Source of the DNA: a virus
Taxonomy: Duplodnaviria; Caudoviricetes
Strand: one strand, 5' to 3'
IMG/VR virus record: IMGVR_UViG_3300020045_010365
Coordinates: 1-27,027 of that record
DNA: 27,027 nucleotides
The position numbers and the translations under genes are program-made. Positions within the stretch are counted from its first letter, which is position 1. Each line of letters opens with the position of its first letter. The notes below the pieces were generated by a model. The model was not told the origin of the DNA. It did not search any database and was given only the letters and a program-made list of their open reading frames with translations. This document shows positions 7,289 through 17,800 of this stretch, in pieces.

Positions 7289-7600
7289 TCAGGGGTGTGT
7301 TTCAGCTATACATTGTTTTAAAATTTGGATTCTTTTAGTCCACCCTTTTCTATCTGTTGCAAACCAATAGCCCCCTCTTATCGTTCTTTTTGAGTATAAT
7401 TCAGGGAAACATGATCTTACATTTTTTAACCCAAATTCCGGCATTGTGCAATTTTCGTAGTAAATGTAAATGCCAAAAGTTCTGTCAACCAAATAGCAGA
7501 TTCCGTTGTTATGCCAATACTCATCATGCTTTATCCAATCTTTCGCCTCCTGCAATAAAATACAATAAGCAACAAACCTTTGGTCTTTTGTTAGTTTCAT
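7289..7600 (-). CDS. Hypothetical protein
   Basis: 103-aa ORF in operon. Confidence 0.7.
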   Translation of the reverse strand: MKLTKDQRFVAYCILLQEAKDWIKHDEYWHNNGICYLVDRTFGIYIYYENCTMPEFGLKNVRSCFPELYSKRTIRGGYWFATDRKGWTKRIQILKQCIAETHP

Positions 7601-7606
7601 GGTTTT

Positions 7607-7963
7607 TTATTTTAAAAGTTCTGGATGCTCGTATATGTTTCCGATTACTTCAATGTATAGGCGGTTAATAGTATAATTTTCACCGTCAATGGTGTTTTCT
7701 AAGCCAAACATTCCTTCATTGAAATCAACAACGCCAAAAATTTCTTTATCGTTACTTTTACCATGCCAAACACCTTTAACTATATCTCCTTCATAGATTT
7801 CATTTCCTGCTTTGTCTTTTAGTCCGGTTGCTTGCATTATAATTGTATTTGGTAATGGAGTTAAAGTCCCGTGTACCAATTCCCATCCATCTTCCGTAGA
7901 TGGATAAAACATTTTTTTACTTGCTACTGCCCATGCTCTGAAAGTTAAAATTCTATTTGCCAT
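7607..7963 (-). CDS. YopX-family protein
   Basis: FRAW...MQATGLKDKAGNEIYEGDIV...EVIGNIYEHPELL signature. Confidence 0.92.
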   Translation of the reverse strand: MANRILTFRAWAVASKKMFYPSTEDGWELVHGTLTPLPNTIIMQATGLKDKAGNEIYEGDIVKGVWHGKSNDKEIFGVVDFNEGMFGLENTIDGENYTINRLYIEVIGNIYEHPELLK

Positions 7964-7982
7964 ATACTAGGGGGTTAAGGGG

Positions 7983-8207
7983 TTAAAAAAACATAAAAAG
8001 TTTTTCCATTTGTTGACCTTTTTTTCGGTAGTGCTTTGCTAAAACTGACAATGAATCTGCCTTTTTATTGTCGCCAGATAGCCGGGAAGTAATGGCATCC
8101 AAAGTCAGGTCAGTAGCTTCGGCATAATACCCAGACGAAAGGCTTATAACAGTAAGGAAGTAAACCCAAACCAAAAACAAAGTAACAATGATAATATTTC
8201 GTTTCAT
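7983..8207 (-). CDS. Hypothetical membrane or exported protein
   Basis: Hydrophobic N-terminus. Confidence 0.6.
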   Translation of the reverse strand: MKRNIIIVTLFLVWVYFLTVISLSSGYYAEATDLTLDAITSRLSGDNKKADSLSVLAKHYRKKGQQMEKLFMFF

Positions 8208-8562
8208 GGTGTATTATTCTAAAGAGGTTAAGGGGTGTTATTTATCTTCAGTTTTTTTACCACAGAAAGGGCAATATGCAGGGAATATACTTATCTTATA
8301 TGTCACTTCTCTGCCATTAGTCCCGTTAACTTTTATCGGGGTATATTTCACCTCAAAAGGCATAACCAGTTTCCAGCCCCCATCTTTCCCGAATGATAAA
8401 ACACGGTTGACATACCCCGAATCATCTTCATTCCATTCTGCAACTTTCTTTCCCTCTTTAATCATATTATCTTTTACAAAGGCGAATATTTTCTTTTGAG
8501 ATTCATCTAAACATTTACACATGATTTTAATTTTAATGGTGTATTATTCTAAAGAGGTTAAG
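8206..8562. repeat. 27-bp perfect direct repeat (8206-8232 and 8536-8562)
   Basis: atggtgtattattctaaagaggttaag occurs twice, flanking ORF 8238..8522. Confidence 0.9.
8238..8522 (-). CDS. Small Zn-binding hypothetical protein
   Basis: MCKC...YCPFCG. Confidence 0.75.
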   Translation of the reverse strand: MCKCLDESQKKIFAFVKDNMIKEGKKVAEWNEDDSGYVNRVLSFGKDGGWKLVMPFEVKYTPIKVNGTNGREVTYKISIFPAYCPFCGKKTEDK

Positions 8563-9118
8563 AGTTTTTAAGCTGGGATTTCATACGGGTGACTTTTGGA
8601 CTGTACTCTGCAATGATTTGCCGGATTTCATCTCTCGTTGGCTTATGAACCAGTACTGCATCAGCTTTTAAAATATCTGGCAATCCTTTGCACTCTTGGT
8701 CTAATCTTTTGGTATATTCAGCCATGTTTCCGTAATCCATTTCGTTGCAAGATTGACATTGTGGGCGGCAGTTTCTTTCATCCCATCTAAGGTACAAGTG
8801 CGCTCTTTTTACGTAGTGGCCGTTCTGCATAAGTGTAAAATGCTTAGTCGTTTGACAAGTATAGCACTTTACTTTCCCTTCTTTGTCGGCATATTTTAAA
8901 CGAATGAACTGACTAAAGACTGCATCTGCATCAGCTATTAAATCTCCCAAATCTTCCTCTTGAATAACTTTTTCGCTTGCCTGCTCCATTCTTTTTTGGG
9001 TATCTTCTATTCGGGCGCAATCCACGCATCTTCCCTTGCTGAATATGTAAGTGTACTTCCCACATGATTTACAGGTTTTTTGTTTTTTTGCAATAGTACT
9101 ATTGTAGCCGAAGTTCAT
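8558..9118 (-). CDS. ninG: NinG/Rap-like HNH recombination endonuclease
   Basis: DAVFSQFIRL...CYTC...GHY...RWDERNCRPQCQSCN; start at 9118 by ATGA overlap. Confidence 0.85.
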   Translation of the reverse strand: MNFGYNSTIAKKQKTCKSCGKYTYIFSKGRCVDCARIEDTQKRMEQASEKVIQEEDLGDLIADADAVFSQFIRLKYADKEGKVKCYTCQTTKHFTLMQNGHYVKRAHLYLRWDERNCRPQCQSCNEMDYGNMAEYTKRLDQECKGLPDILKADAVLVHKPTRDEIRQIIAEYSPKVTRMKSQLKNS

Positions 9119-9288
9119 AACCAAAACATTTCTAAAATATCTCCCATTGAATCATAAACAAGCCATTCCTCATCAAAGCAATCACTTTCTTTTACAAAAC
9201 CATCGTAATAATCTGCCATCTTTTTAGCCCAAAAAAAACGGTCAGTTTTACCAACATAGTAGCCATCAAAATCATAAACGTAAAACAT
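9115..9288 (-). CDS. Small acidic/aromatic hypothetical protein (57 aa)
   Basis: MFYVYDFDGYYVGKTDRFFWAKKMADYYDGFVKESDCFDEEWLVYDSMGDILEMFWL fills the gap; ATGA-coupled to ninG. Confidence 0.6.
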   Translation of the reverse strand: MFYVYDFDGYYVGKTDRFFWAKKMADYYDGFVKESDCFDEEWLVYDSMGDILEMFWL

Positions 9289-9299
9289 ACATTATAGCT

Positions 9300-9518
9300 T
9301 TATCTTGGTATTCCAATTTGACGAAGATTTCCATGTTCAATAAATTCAACTACTAACAATCCGGTATTCCCTATGAAACGAATTGTTATGACTTCTATTT
9401 TAATAGGGTGTTTTGGATCAGTTCTGCATAATAAAAAAGATAGTTCCTTTATCTGTTTTTCAGAAAAGGTGTATATCATTACTCCTATATTGTTTTTAAT
9501 AATTTTATTCTTTTTCAT
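9300..9518 (-). CDS. Hypothetical protein
   Basis: ATGA-coupled to the upstream ORF. Confidence 0.55.
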   Translation of the reverse strand: MKKNKIIKNNIGVMIYTFSEKQIKELSFLLCRTDPKHPIKIEVITIRFIGNTGLLVVEFIEHGNLRQIGIPR

Positions 9519-10288
9519 AACTTTATCTTGGTTTTTTCTTCAACGAGTTTTTCTAATTTTTCTACATCCATGATAGCCCACGATTTACTTTCAGTTGGCC
9601 ACCCAACACTACTACCAGTTTGTTGCACATAGTTGGTAATACAGGATGCTAATTCTTTCATGGATAAATTCATGGGACGGTTCTGCTTAACGTATTCAAT
9701 GGCTTTATCACGGGTGGAGAAGGTGGTTGATGAATAGCCTAATGGGTAGTTGCCGCCTTCGGTAGTTGCATATTCTGTTATTTTGAAATCATCCCATACT
9801 TTGAAATATATTTCATTTTCATAAATATCCTTTCCATCGGAAGTTGTAAACAGCTTGGTGCGCTCTGGGGGAAGTTTGGATAGATTTTTTAGAAGTGTTA
9901 ATGATTCACGTTCTTTAAAATTAACCATCATTTTCCCTGAATGAATTTCAAATATATCTATTGTGCCGCAGTTGGTTTTCTCCCCTACACTAAAAGTAAC
10001 ATTGTCGCTCTTTCTTAGTACTGACCAAATTTTACACCCCAACTTGTCACAAAATTCATCGTCATCATGTATGCCATTATTACGATCATATCTATTCACT
10101 ATCTCCCATTCTACTGAACCTGAATGAGAGGATGGAAAGTGTTCTGGAAGATAAATAATGGAGCCCCCTTTTGCATAAGGAACACGACACCACCTACAAA
10201 CAGCTTTACCCTCCCAAATGATTATTCCTCCATTTGTGCAGTTGCAATCTTTCAAATATGTTTGGTGTAAATTTTTATCTTGTTTCAT
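9515..10288 (-). CDS. Hypothetical protein
   Basis: 257-aa ORF, N-terminal Cys cluster, LFTTSDGKDIYE motif. Confidence 0.75.
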   Translation of the reverse strand: MKQDKNLHQTYLKDCNCTNGGIIIWEGKAVCRWCRVPYAKGGSIIYLPEHFPSSHSGSVEWEIVNRYDRNNGIHDDDEFCDKLGCKIWSVLRKSDNVTFSVGEKTNCGTIDIFEIHSGKMMVNFKERESLTLLKNLSKLPPERTKLFTTSDGKDIYENEIYFKVWDDFKITEYATTEGGNYPLGYSSTTFSTRDKAIEYVKQNRPMNLSMKELASCITNYVQQTGSSVGWPTESKSWAIMDVEKLEKLVEEKTKIKL

Positions 10289-10304
10289 GGTGTGGGGGTG
10301 TGGG

Positions 10305-10460
10305 TTATGAGTTGATTTTATTGCTTATATATGTCAGGTAGTTAAACAAGGACAAAAAGCAAAAGAAAACAATAAAAGAAATTTTTTCGGGAGTAGTTAT
10401 TAAAGCATAACAAGAGAGTGCTAAAAACCCGATTGATAAGATAAGGGGGAATAGTTTCAT
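10305..10460 (-). CDS. Small two-TM membrane protein (51 aa)
   Basis: MKLFPLILSIGFLALSCYALITTPEKISFIVFFCFLSLFNYLTYISNKINS; first ORF after the leftward promoter. Confidence 0.55.
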   Translation of the reverse strand: MKLFPLILSIGFLALSCYALITTPEKISFIVFFCFLSLFNYLTYISNKINS

Positions 10461-10481
10461 TTTTATTTTGTTTGGTTGGAG

Positions 10482-10514
10482 CAAATGTAATATACAAAAT
10501 GTATAACTTCCAAA
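10482..10514 (-). promoter_or_regulatory. Leftward Bacteroidota-type promoter for the replication arm
   Basis: Minus strand TTTG (10511-10514), 21 nt spacer, TACATTTG (10482-10489). Confidence 0.7.
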
Positions 10515-10567
10515 TAAATCTACAAAAATATTTTTATTGTATTGAACTGTATATTACCTTAGCGGCC

Positions 10568-10744
10568 ATGAAGGATAAGAAAGCAAAGCAAAATCTTCAA
10601 ATATTAATACACGGAATGGAGGAGGAAGTGTATAAAATTGTGGTGCAATTAGCCACGGATGAAAAGAGGTCGGTAGGGAAGCAAGCCGAATATATGATTG
10701 CAAAATTCATCGAATTTTCACGTGAAAAAAACATAAAACATTAA
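10568..10744 (+). CDS. Ribbon-helix-helix (Arc/FitA-like) DNA-binding protein
   Basis: QILIHGMEEEVYKIVVQLATDEKRSVGKQAEYMI pattern; -7-like TACCTTAG at 10555-10562; at the divergence point. Confidence 0.7.
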   Translation: MKDKKAKQNLQILIHGMEEEVYKIVVQLATDEKRSVGKQAEYMIAKFIEFSREKNIKH

Positions 10745-10749
10745 TAATC

Positions 10750-10953
10750 ATGTCAAAGCTAGCTAACGAAACTCCCGTAAAAAAATCAAAATCAGTTAAA
10801 GTCGCAGAAGCCTTTGAAGCCCTAAGTCTTGAAGATAAAGGTGAAACTCTTGAACTAATGACTGAATTATATAGAGTGGATTTACAACGAAAAGCAGACG
10901 AGTTAATGAACGAAGTTTCTGAATTGAAAAGCAAACAAGAAAAACTAAAGTAA
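10750..10953 (+). CDS. Small coiled-coil hypothetical protein
   Basis: Charged helical 67-aa ORF. Confidence 0.65.
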   Translation: MSKLANETPVKKSKSVKVAEAFEALSLEDKGETLELMTELYRVDLQRKADELMNEVSELKSKQEKLK

Positions 10954-10954
10954 A

Positions 10955-11290
10955 ATGAACAAAGTAGAGCCGTTAGAAGATCGCATTTTAGTTCGCCAAC
11001 TAAAGAAAAAAGAAGTTGAGAAAACAGATGGAGGGATAATCATACCCGATAGCGCAAAACGTGAGGTTGCCGAAGGAATTGTTGTAGCGGCAGGACAAGG
11101 CCGATATGCTGGCGATTCCGGTGTCTTTATACCATGTATGTTGGCTAAGGGGGACAAAATATTGTGCGGGGCAGAGAATGGCAAGATACGGGGGATGCCC
11201 GTTGACATTGAAGCTGAAGAAGGCAAGGAAGAATTAATTCTGATGAGGGAAGGAGACGTACTAATCCTAATTTCAAAAAAATCAGACTAA
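10955..11290 (+). CDS. groES: GroES/Cpn10 co-chaperonin
   Basis: PLEDRILV, KTDGGIIIPDSAK mobile loop, GIVVAAGQG, ILMREGDVL. Confidence 0.93.
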   Translation: MNKVEPLEDRILVRQLKKKEVEKTDGGIIIPDSAKREVAEGIVVAAGQGRYAGDSGVFIPCMLAKGDKILCGAENGKIRGMPVDIEAEEGKEELILMREGDVLILISKKSD

Positions 11291-11329
11291 TAGCGAAAAA
11301 TTTTATAATTTCGTACAAAGCCTAAACTT

Positions 11330-12172
11330 TTGACTTATCAACCTATTACGCAGGTACTTCTAAAAATTGAGGTAGCCCTTCAGGATACGCTTATAACTGA
11401 TTCAGGGTTAAAATTTTATCTAGACCCATCTTACGCCAAAGAGCAAAATGTAGCAGTATCAGCTACTATCGTGGCACTCCCAATAAACCCACTTCCAAAG
11501 CACAATAAAATAGTAAGTCGGCTAAAAGTTGGAGACAAGGTAGCCATAAGCTACGATGTGGTAGCCGACTTTAAATTCGCAGGCGATGGCAATAGATTCA
11601 TGCAAGCCACCGAAGACAATCCACATATAAAAGAGTTTTACAACGGAAAGGGCGAAACTGTCAGAGTATATGCTATGGCTAAACGTGCAGGATTCGCAGG
11701 TGTAATTTGGATAGGCGTTCATCTTGACAAAAGACGGGAGTTGATTGATGGTGTTCAAGGCGACGAATCCACGCTTGAAAGGTGGCTATGTCAATTTCCA
11801 TTCGGGAAAACAGACGTATATCAGTTCAATAACTTCTTTGAATATGACGGGAATGATTATTGGAAATGTGATCCTGACCAAATTTTTGCAGTAAAACGAA
11901 AGGGTCACTTAGTAGCAGTAGGAGATAGGATTATAACTAAACCAATTGACGAAGAAGTACCAGACCAATTTTTAATTAATGATAATGGCCTTGCAGAAAA
12001 GATAACCATGAGGCATAAAGATCGTGGAAGGGTTATATCGGGAGGAAAAGAAAAAGGAATTAAGAAGGAAGATATAGTGAGTTTTGAACCGCAGTTTATT
12101 GAAAAATACGACTTCTTTGGTCAGCAATATTTTCTAATCAAAGAGAACTTTGTTTTAGGTAAATGGAATTAA
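11330..12172 (+). CDS. Extended GroES-like protein, cassette A
   Basis: TDSGLKFYLD...ATIVALP...LKVGDKV and a second GroES-like C-terminal unit; TTG start; -7-like TAATTTCG at 11306-11313. Confidence 0.6.
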   Translation: MTYQPITQVLLKIEVALQDTLITDSGLKFYLDPSYAKEQNVAVSATIVALPINPLPKHNKIVSRLKVGDKVAISYDVVADFKFAGDGNRFMQATEDNPHIKEFYNGKGETVRVYAMAKRAGFAGVIWIGVHLDKRRELIDGVQGDESTLERWLCQFPFGKTDVYQFNNFFEYDGNDYWKCDPDQIFAVKRKGHLVAVGDRIITKPIDEEVPDQFLINDNGLAEKITMRHKDRGRVISGGKEKGIKKEDIVSFEPQFIEKYDFFGQQYFLIKENFVLGKWN

Positions 12173-12176
12173 AAAT

Positions 12177-12821
12177 ATGCCCAGAAACATCAATGACATC
12201 TATAATCTGACTAGGTATATTGTACGTAAGCAAAGGGGCGTATTCCTGACTATACCACAGTTCAATGACAATATGGATGCCGGACAGCTTGATGCTTTTC
12301 AAGAATGGTTTGCACCGTGGGGTGATTCTCAAATACTACATGACTCACTTCGCCCTTTCAGAGTTTACCATCAATTTACAAGCAATGCAGCAGGGTTCGT
12401 TACCTTCCCAGATAATTATGAACATCTTTTAGGAGCAGCATTTACCGTAACCGGAAGTACAATAAATGAAATAACATTTGTTAATGACAACGAATGGGTA
12501 TTTGCTATCAATAGCCAACAAAGACCAGTATCATTAAGCAAGCCAATAGCATTAGATACTAATGTTGGATTCAGCCTATACCCACAATCATTACAAATTG
12601 GATTCTTTAATTATTTAAGAAGACCTGCAACGCCATTGCTTTCTGTTACAACAGTTGGAAGGGCGCAAACGTATGACCCATTAACATCAGTTCAACTAGA
12701 ATGGAAAGATTCTTATGTCAATAATTTAATTGCAAAGGCTTTAAAATATGCAGGCGTTAATATGGATGAACAGGGAGTGTTAGCATTTGCGGAAGCATAC
12801 GATCAACAAACTAAACCGTAA
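12177..12821 (+). CDS. Putative tail ring/adaptor protein A1
   Basis: YLRRP motif, size and position before the muzzle gene resemble crAss-like ring proteins; paralog of 24369..25052. Confidence 0.6.
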   Translation: MPRNINDIYNLTRYIVRKQRGVFLTIPQFNDNMDAGQLDAFQEWFAPWGDSQILHDSLRPFRVYHQFTSNAAGFVTFPDNYEHLLGAAFTVTGSTINEITFVNDNEWVFAINSQQRPVSLSKPIALDTNVGFSLYPQSLQIGFFNYLRRPATPLLSVTTVGRAQTYDPLTSVQLEWKDSYVNNLIAKALKYAGVNMDEQGVLAFAEAYDQQTKP

Positions 12822-13357
12822 TGGAAAATTGGAAAGACATAATCGGGTATGAAGGACTATACATGGTTAGCGATTTAGGGAATATTAAAACCCTAAAAAG
12901 AGAGTATTTTACCGGAGAATACTATTCTAAAAGAGTTATACATGAACATTTACTTGTTCCAGCATTAGATCAGAAGGGATATTTAAGAATTGGGCTATCA
13001 AAAAACTCAAAGAATACAACACATAAAGTACATCGGATAGTTGCGATTGCCTTTATTGAAAATAAAAGTAACAAGCCACAAGTAAATCATAAAAATGGTA
13101 TTAAGTCCGACAATAGGGCTTTAAATTTAGAATGGGCAGATAATTCGGACAATCAAATACACGCATTTAAACATGGGCTTAATGTGGCAAGAAAAGGAGA
13201 AAATCATTCGATGTCTAAACTATGCGAGGCCGATGTATTGAAAATAAGGGGTATGTATATATCGGGAAATACACAAACAGAAATATCTAAAATTTACAAT
13301 GTAACACAGGCTAACATATCTGAAATAGTAACAAAAAAATCGTGGAGCCATATATAA
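12821..13357 (+). CDS. NUMOD4-HNH homing endonuclease with C-terminal HTH
   Basis: ENWKDIIGYEGLYMVSDLGNIK (NUMOD4); VHRIVAIAFI...VNHKNGIKSDNRALNLEW (HNH). Confidence 0.92.
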   Translation: MENWKDIIGYEGLYMVSDLGNIKTLKREYFTGEYYSKRVIHEHLLVPALDQKGYLRIGLSKNSKNTTHKVHRIVAIAFIENKSNKPQVNHKNGIKSDNRALNLEWADNSDNQIHAFKHGLNVARKGENHSMSKLCEADVLKIRGMYISGNTQTEISKIYNVTQANISEIVTKKSWSHI

Positions 13358-13358
13358 T

Positions 13359-14033
13359 ATGTCAACTAAAAAGCAAATATCAGAATCAATATTATTTAAA
13401 TTAGCAGGTGGCTATCCTACTAAGTCGTTTCCTATCCACGAAGAAGATATATGGTCATCATTAGAGCAAAAGATAAACGCAAAGTTTGCAATGAAGCAGT
13501 TTAGCGTTAACCTGCCAAGTGGTGAAACGATTCCCGATAACCTTGCATTAGCTACTTACGAAGATATAGTTGTTACTTCAGTTTATTCCGGCAAGTCAAA
13601 AGCAACGCTTCCCGTAATGCCAATATCGCTACCCAAAAATGCAGGCATTAACGAAATAAGACCCGTTTTAAATCAAGTACCAACAGGGGATAAAATACAT
13701 GGCGACCCGATGGTTCAGATTATAGCAGGGCAAGATTTTCTATTAAAAGCAGATACTTTACTAAATGATTTGTTGGGGCAATTCGGCTATACACCAAAGG
13801 GACGAACGATTTATTTCAATAAGGATTTAACGACATTAAACATTACAAAGGTAGATATGTGGTTAGTGGTTTTGGATATGTCACAATATGGAGTAAATGA
13901 TTTGTTGCCAATACCAGCAGATTATGAAGCAGAATTGGAGGATGAGTTGATACAGGAATTTGCGCCAGTAGTTGCAAAAACAGGTATAGTAAGCAATTTT
14001 ACAAATCCATCACAAGCACCAATTAAACAATGA
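13359..14033 (+). CDS. Putative tail ring protein A2
   Basis: Paralog of 23674..24366; position in the tail operon. Confidence 0.6.
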   Translation: MSTKKQISESILFKLAGGYPTKSFPIHEEDIWSSLEQKINAKFAMKQFSVNLPSGETIPDNLALATYEDIVVTSVYSGKSKATLPVMPISLPKNAGINEIRPVLNQVPTGDKIHGDPMVQIIAGQDFLLKADTLLNDLLGQFGYTPKGRTIYFNKDLTTLNITKVDMWLVVLDMSQYGVNDLLPIPADYEAELEDELIQEFAPVVAKTGIVSNFTNPSQAPIKQ

Positions 14034-14806
14034 CAACAATTTCATTAGATCAGATTGTAAAAAATATTATACTTAAAAGAGGGTATAGTTTCCCTCATTG
14101 GTATTTGAATTTCCTTGTGCCTGCTAAAGATTGTTTACGTCAGCTTTCAATGGACTTGCCTATTAGTCCTGTTCAATATAAAGTACTTCCCCTAAATACA
14201 AACCATGCTATTGCTATCCCGGATGATTATGTAGATTGGGTAGGAGTATACGCAAGGCGTGGGCAATACTTAGTACCATTAACGGAAGATGATAGTTTGA
14301 GTTTAGTTCCCAATTTCGATAGTGAATTTGTTATTCAGCCATTCAGTCAAGGAATAGCCACTGATACATCAGCAGAAGCAACAGCATATACAGGAGCATT
14401 AGGAAGTTATGGACTTATGGTGAACTGGAATGAATTTGGAGAAAACTTAGGAAGGCAATTCGGAGGCGTTGGCAGTTTTAGCGACACATTCAGGGAAAAT
14501 AAAAGGCGAAATGAAATTAAGATAAATGACAACTTATGTATTAGCCATTTCGTTTTGGAGTATATAGGTAATGGACTTGACGTTGATTCGGCTTCAAAAA
14601 TAAACGCATATTGCCAAGACGCTATTGAAGCCTACTGTATGTGGCAGTTTAAAGAGAACAACAGAACATATTCAGCAGGCGAAGCACAAGTAGCAAAGAG
14701 AGATTATGAACAGCAGGTAACGATGTTACGTGCAAGGATTTCCGATATAACAGTAGATAAACTCAAAAGGATTGTTCAGCGTAATGCAATCGGGGTAAAG
14801 TATTAA
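14030..14806 (+). CDS. Putative tail ring protein A3
   Basis: IPDDYVDW and LEYIGNG motifs; directly precedes the muzzle gene; paralog of 22910..23674. Confidence 0.65.
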   Translation: MTTISLDQIVKNIILKRGYSFPHWYLNFLVPAKDCLRQLSMDLPISPVQYKVLPLNTNHAIAIPDDYVDWVGVYARRGQYLVPLTEDDSLSLVPNFDSEFVIQPFSQGIATDTSAEATAYTGALGSYGLMVNWNEFGENLGRQFGGVGSFSDTFRENKRRNEIKINDNLCISHFVLEYIGNGLDVDSASKINAYCQDAIEAYCMWQFKENNRTYSAGEAQVAKRDYEQQVTMLRARISDITVDKLKRIVQRNAIGVKY

Positions 14807-14809
14807 TAT

Positions 14810-17800
14810 ATGCCAATAGAAAAGCGTTCATTTTTTGAGGGAATGGATGGCGACACAAGCCAAAGGCTACTTTCAGATAAAGTAGCTTTGAACATTATGA
14901 ACGCACGTATGGCGATTAGTGAGTATGGTAGAATGGGAAGATTGGAAAATACTCCCGGAATGTTATACGTTCCACAATCTGTTATACCTCCTTATGGCGG
15001 CGATCAAACAATAGGAACAGCAACCGATTTGAATAATGGAAGATTGCTGTGGTTTAATTATAACGATCTTTCAAACAATGGTATTTATTGCTATGACCCA
15101 AATGTAGGGACAACAGGAACAGTATATGCGGTTGTTTATGACAGCCAAGTTGTAGGGGGATTGGGATTCAGCAGAGATAGCTTAATACATTCTGCAAGAG
15201 TTGAAAACGGGTATTTGTATTGGGCTGACTCAACTAATAATGAACCAAGAAGAATAAATATAAATTCTGGCATAGAAGCTAATCATCCCGGAACATTTAC
15301 AGATACATACGCCTATACATTTCCAATGAGGCAAAACGTATTATATTGGATAAGGAGACAGCCGGGATTACCACCAAGTGCAGTTAAAATAGATGATTCG
15401 GGGGTAGTAAATAATCTTATTAAAGATGAAGGTTTTTGGTTTGCATACAGATATATTTATCGTGGGTATGAAATTTCTACATTATCTGCATGGTCGGAAT
15501 TACTAAACTATAATTCAATAGACGAAACATACAATTCAATAACGATTGAAATACCGTTACTAGAATATATTGACCAAGATGTATTGCAGGTTGATGTAGT
15601 AGTTAAATACGCCAATGGGGGCAAAGCATTTGTAATAAAATCATGGAATAAAAATATAGCTATTGATGCAGCCGATATAGCTAACCATAATGCAGGTTCA
15701 AATAATCTTGACTTTAACTATGCCAATGATTTTATAGGCATTGCACTAGATGATGCTTATTCAGTAAAGCCATACGATAGTGTACCAATATATGCCCAAA
15801 CAATAGAGATGGCAAGGAATAGGTCATTGATGGGGAATTTTGTAATAGGGTATGATACGCCAACCGAAACCTCATTATTGGTAGAGGCCAATATACAAAC
15901 AGATTCAGCGACACCAACAGGAAGATGGGTGTCTATTACTTATAACTTTGGCGCAAACGTTCACTACTTCTTAGATGTTCAGGGGCTTGCTTCTGATAAT
16001 GGATATTACGATTATACTCCGCAGCCGCCAGCATTTCCAGCTACGGTTGCATTTGGGTCAATGACATTTGTAGCAAGTGGGCCTTCAAATTTCGCCCTTT
16101 ATGTTGTAGCCAATTATCCCGATTGGACAGGAGGTATTGTTGATACTGGGAATGTTTCTGACATAACAGGTTCGCCACCCGTAGCGGGTTTATCAGGATC
16201 AGAAGCATTAAAAAGCGGGGGTTCATATTGGGCTTCCATTAGTTTTTTAGACCATGCAGGAAGAAAGTGTGGTATATTAACCAAGCCAGAACTAAAAGTA
16301 GATATTGCTGAAAGAGAATATGCCCAAGTAGATTACACTACAGGTATTAATTGGACGTTAAATAATTTAAGTGCTGTTAATGAAATACCTGAATGGGCGG
16401 CAGCATACTCAATTGATATTACTAAGTGTTTAACAACAAGGTATTTTTTACAATCAAAGGTTAGAAATATTACATACGTTACAAAAGTAGTGGCTGATGG
16501 AACGTATGTATTCAATACTAACACATACGCAGCTACGTTAAACGGAGTTGGTATTGATATAACTCTTTTGAACTCATATGGCATGGGCTATGTATTTTCA
16601 GAAGGAGATTTTGTAAAAGTTTACATAAGTACTAGCATTTATACTTTAAGCGTAGTTGCACAAGATGGTAATTGGATTGTTTGTGAACTTCAGGATTTGG
16701 GAGCATTAGGTAATACTGGAACTCCAAAAACAGATGTATTGTTTGAAGTTTTTACCCCTTACAGGCCGTCATCTTCCGAAGCTCATTATGAAGTTGGACA
16801 AATCTATCCAATAGATAATCCCGGAACATTAAGCAGAGAATATTCTACATTGGCAGGAACGATAGGTGGTGATATAACTCTTTTAACAAGAAACGATGGG
16901 AGCGCCGATTATCTTACTGAAAATATGTCTCCAAATGATAAATTCTATCAAGTATGGAACACAGATTCAGGGAGGCCTAATTTCGTTGATGATATTGGGC
17001 AGCAAACAAAAACAAACTATATAGCTTATAGTGATGTATATATTCAGGGGTCTAAAGTAAATGGTCTATCAACTTACGAAGCATTAAATCAATCAGACAC
17101 GCCATCAGAATGTGGCGATTTAACAAAACTACAAACGGCGAATAAGGTTGGGGATGAACAAGGGGGCATATTATTAGCCATTCATCAGCATGAAGTAGTA
17201 TCTATTTACTTGGGGGAAGTTCAGTTGGTTGGGGCATCGGCAAACGCTTTTGTCGCTCAATCTGCCGGATTCATAGGAACTAAAAATATTTTAAAAGGTT
17301 CATTCGGAACAACAAGACCAGAAAGCGTATTTGAATATTTGGGATTAGTGTTTGGCATTGACTTGAAGCAGGGCGTTTTCTGGCAATATTCAGCAGGGGG
17401 CTTAGAGCCAGTAAGCCGGTACAATCAATCAAGGTTCTTTAAGAGGTATTGCATGGATTATTTAGCAGCATCTTCCGGTAATTTGGATAACATAAACGGG
17501 TTTCACCACATACGGGCAAACATTAATCCTTTTACAAAAGAAGTGTTGGTAACATTGCCTGCACTTATCTATGAAAATTATGCCGATGTATTACCAAGCT
17601 ACGGTGGTATAGTCCCAGATTATGCCACTTCAATAATCAATAGATTCGACATATTCGACCAGCTTCAAAAAACAATGTCATTCCAATATGAAGAAAACAA
17701 ATGGGGTAATAACTATGAATGGATTGCAGAATGGTCAGAGTACTTGCAGAACCAAGCCTATGCCTTTAAAGACGGGTTTTTATATATCCTTGACAGAGAT

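Noticed and set aside
7970-10307. Recurrent minus-strand TAACCC(C)-like intergenic motif after stop codons
   Set aside because: Too short and variable to assign a function by eye.
12821-13357. Group I intron around the HNH gene (and around 22241..22909)
   Set aside because: The ORFs abut intact flanking genes, leaving no room for intron core sequence.
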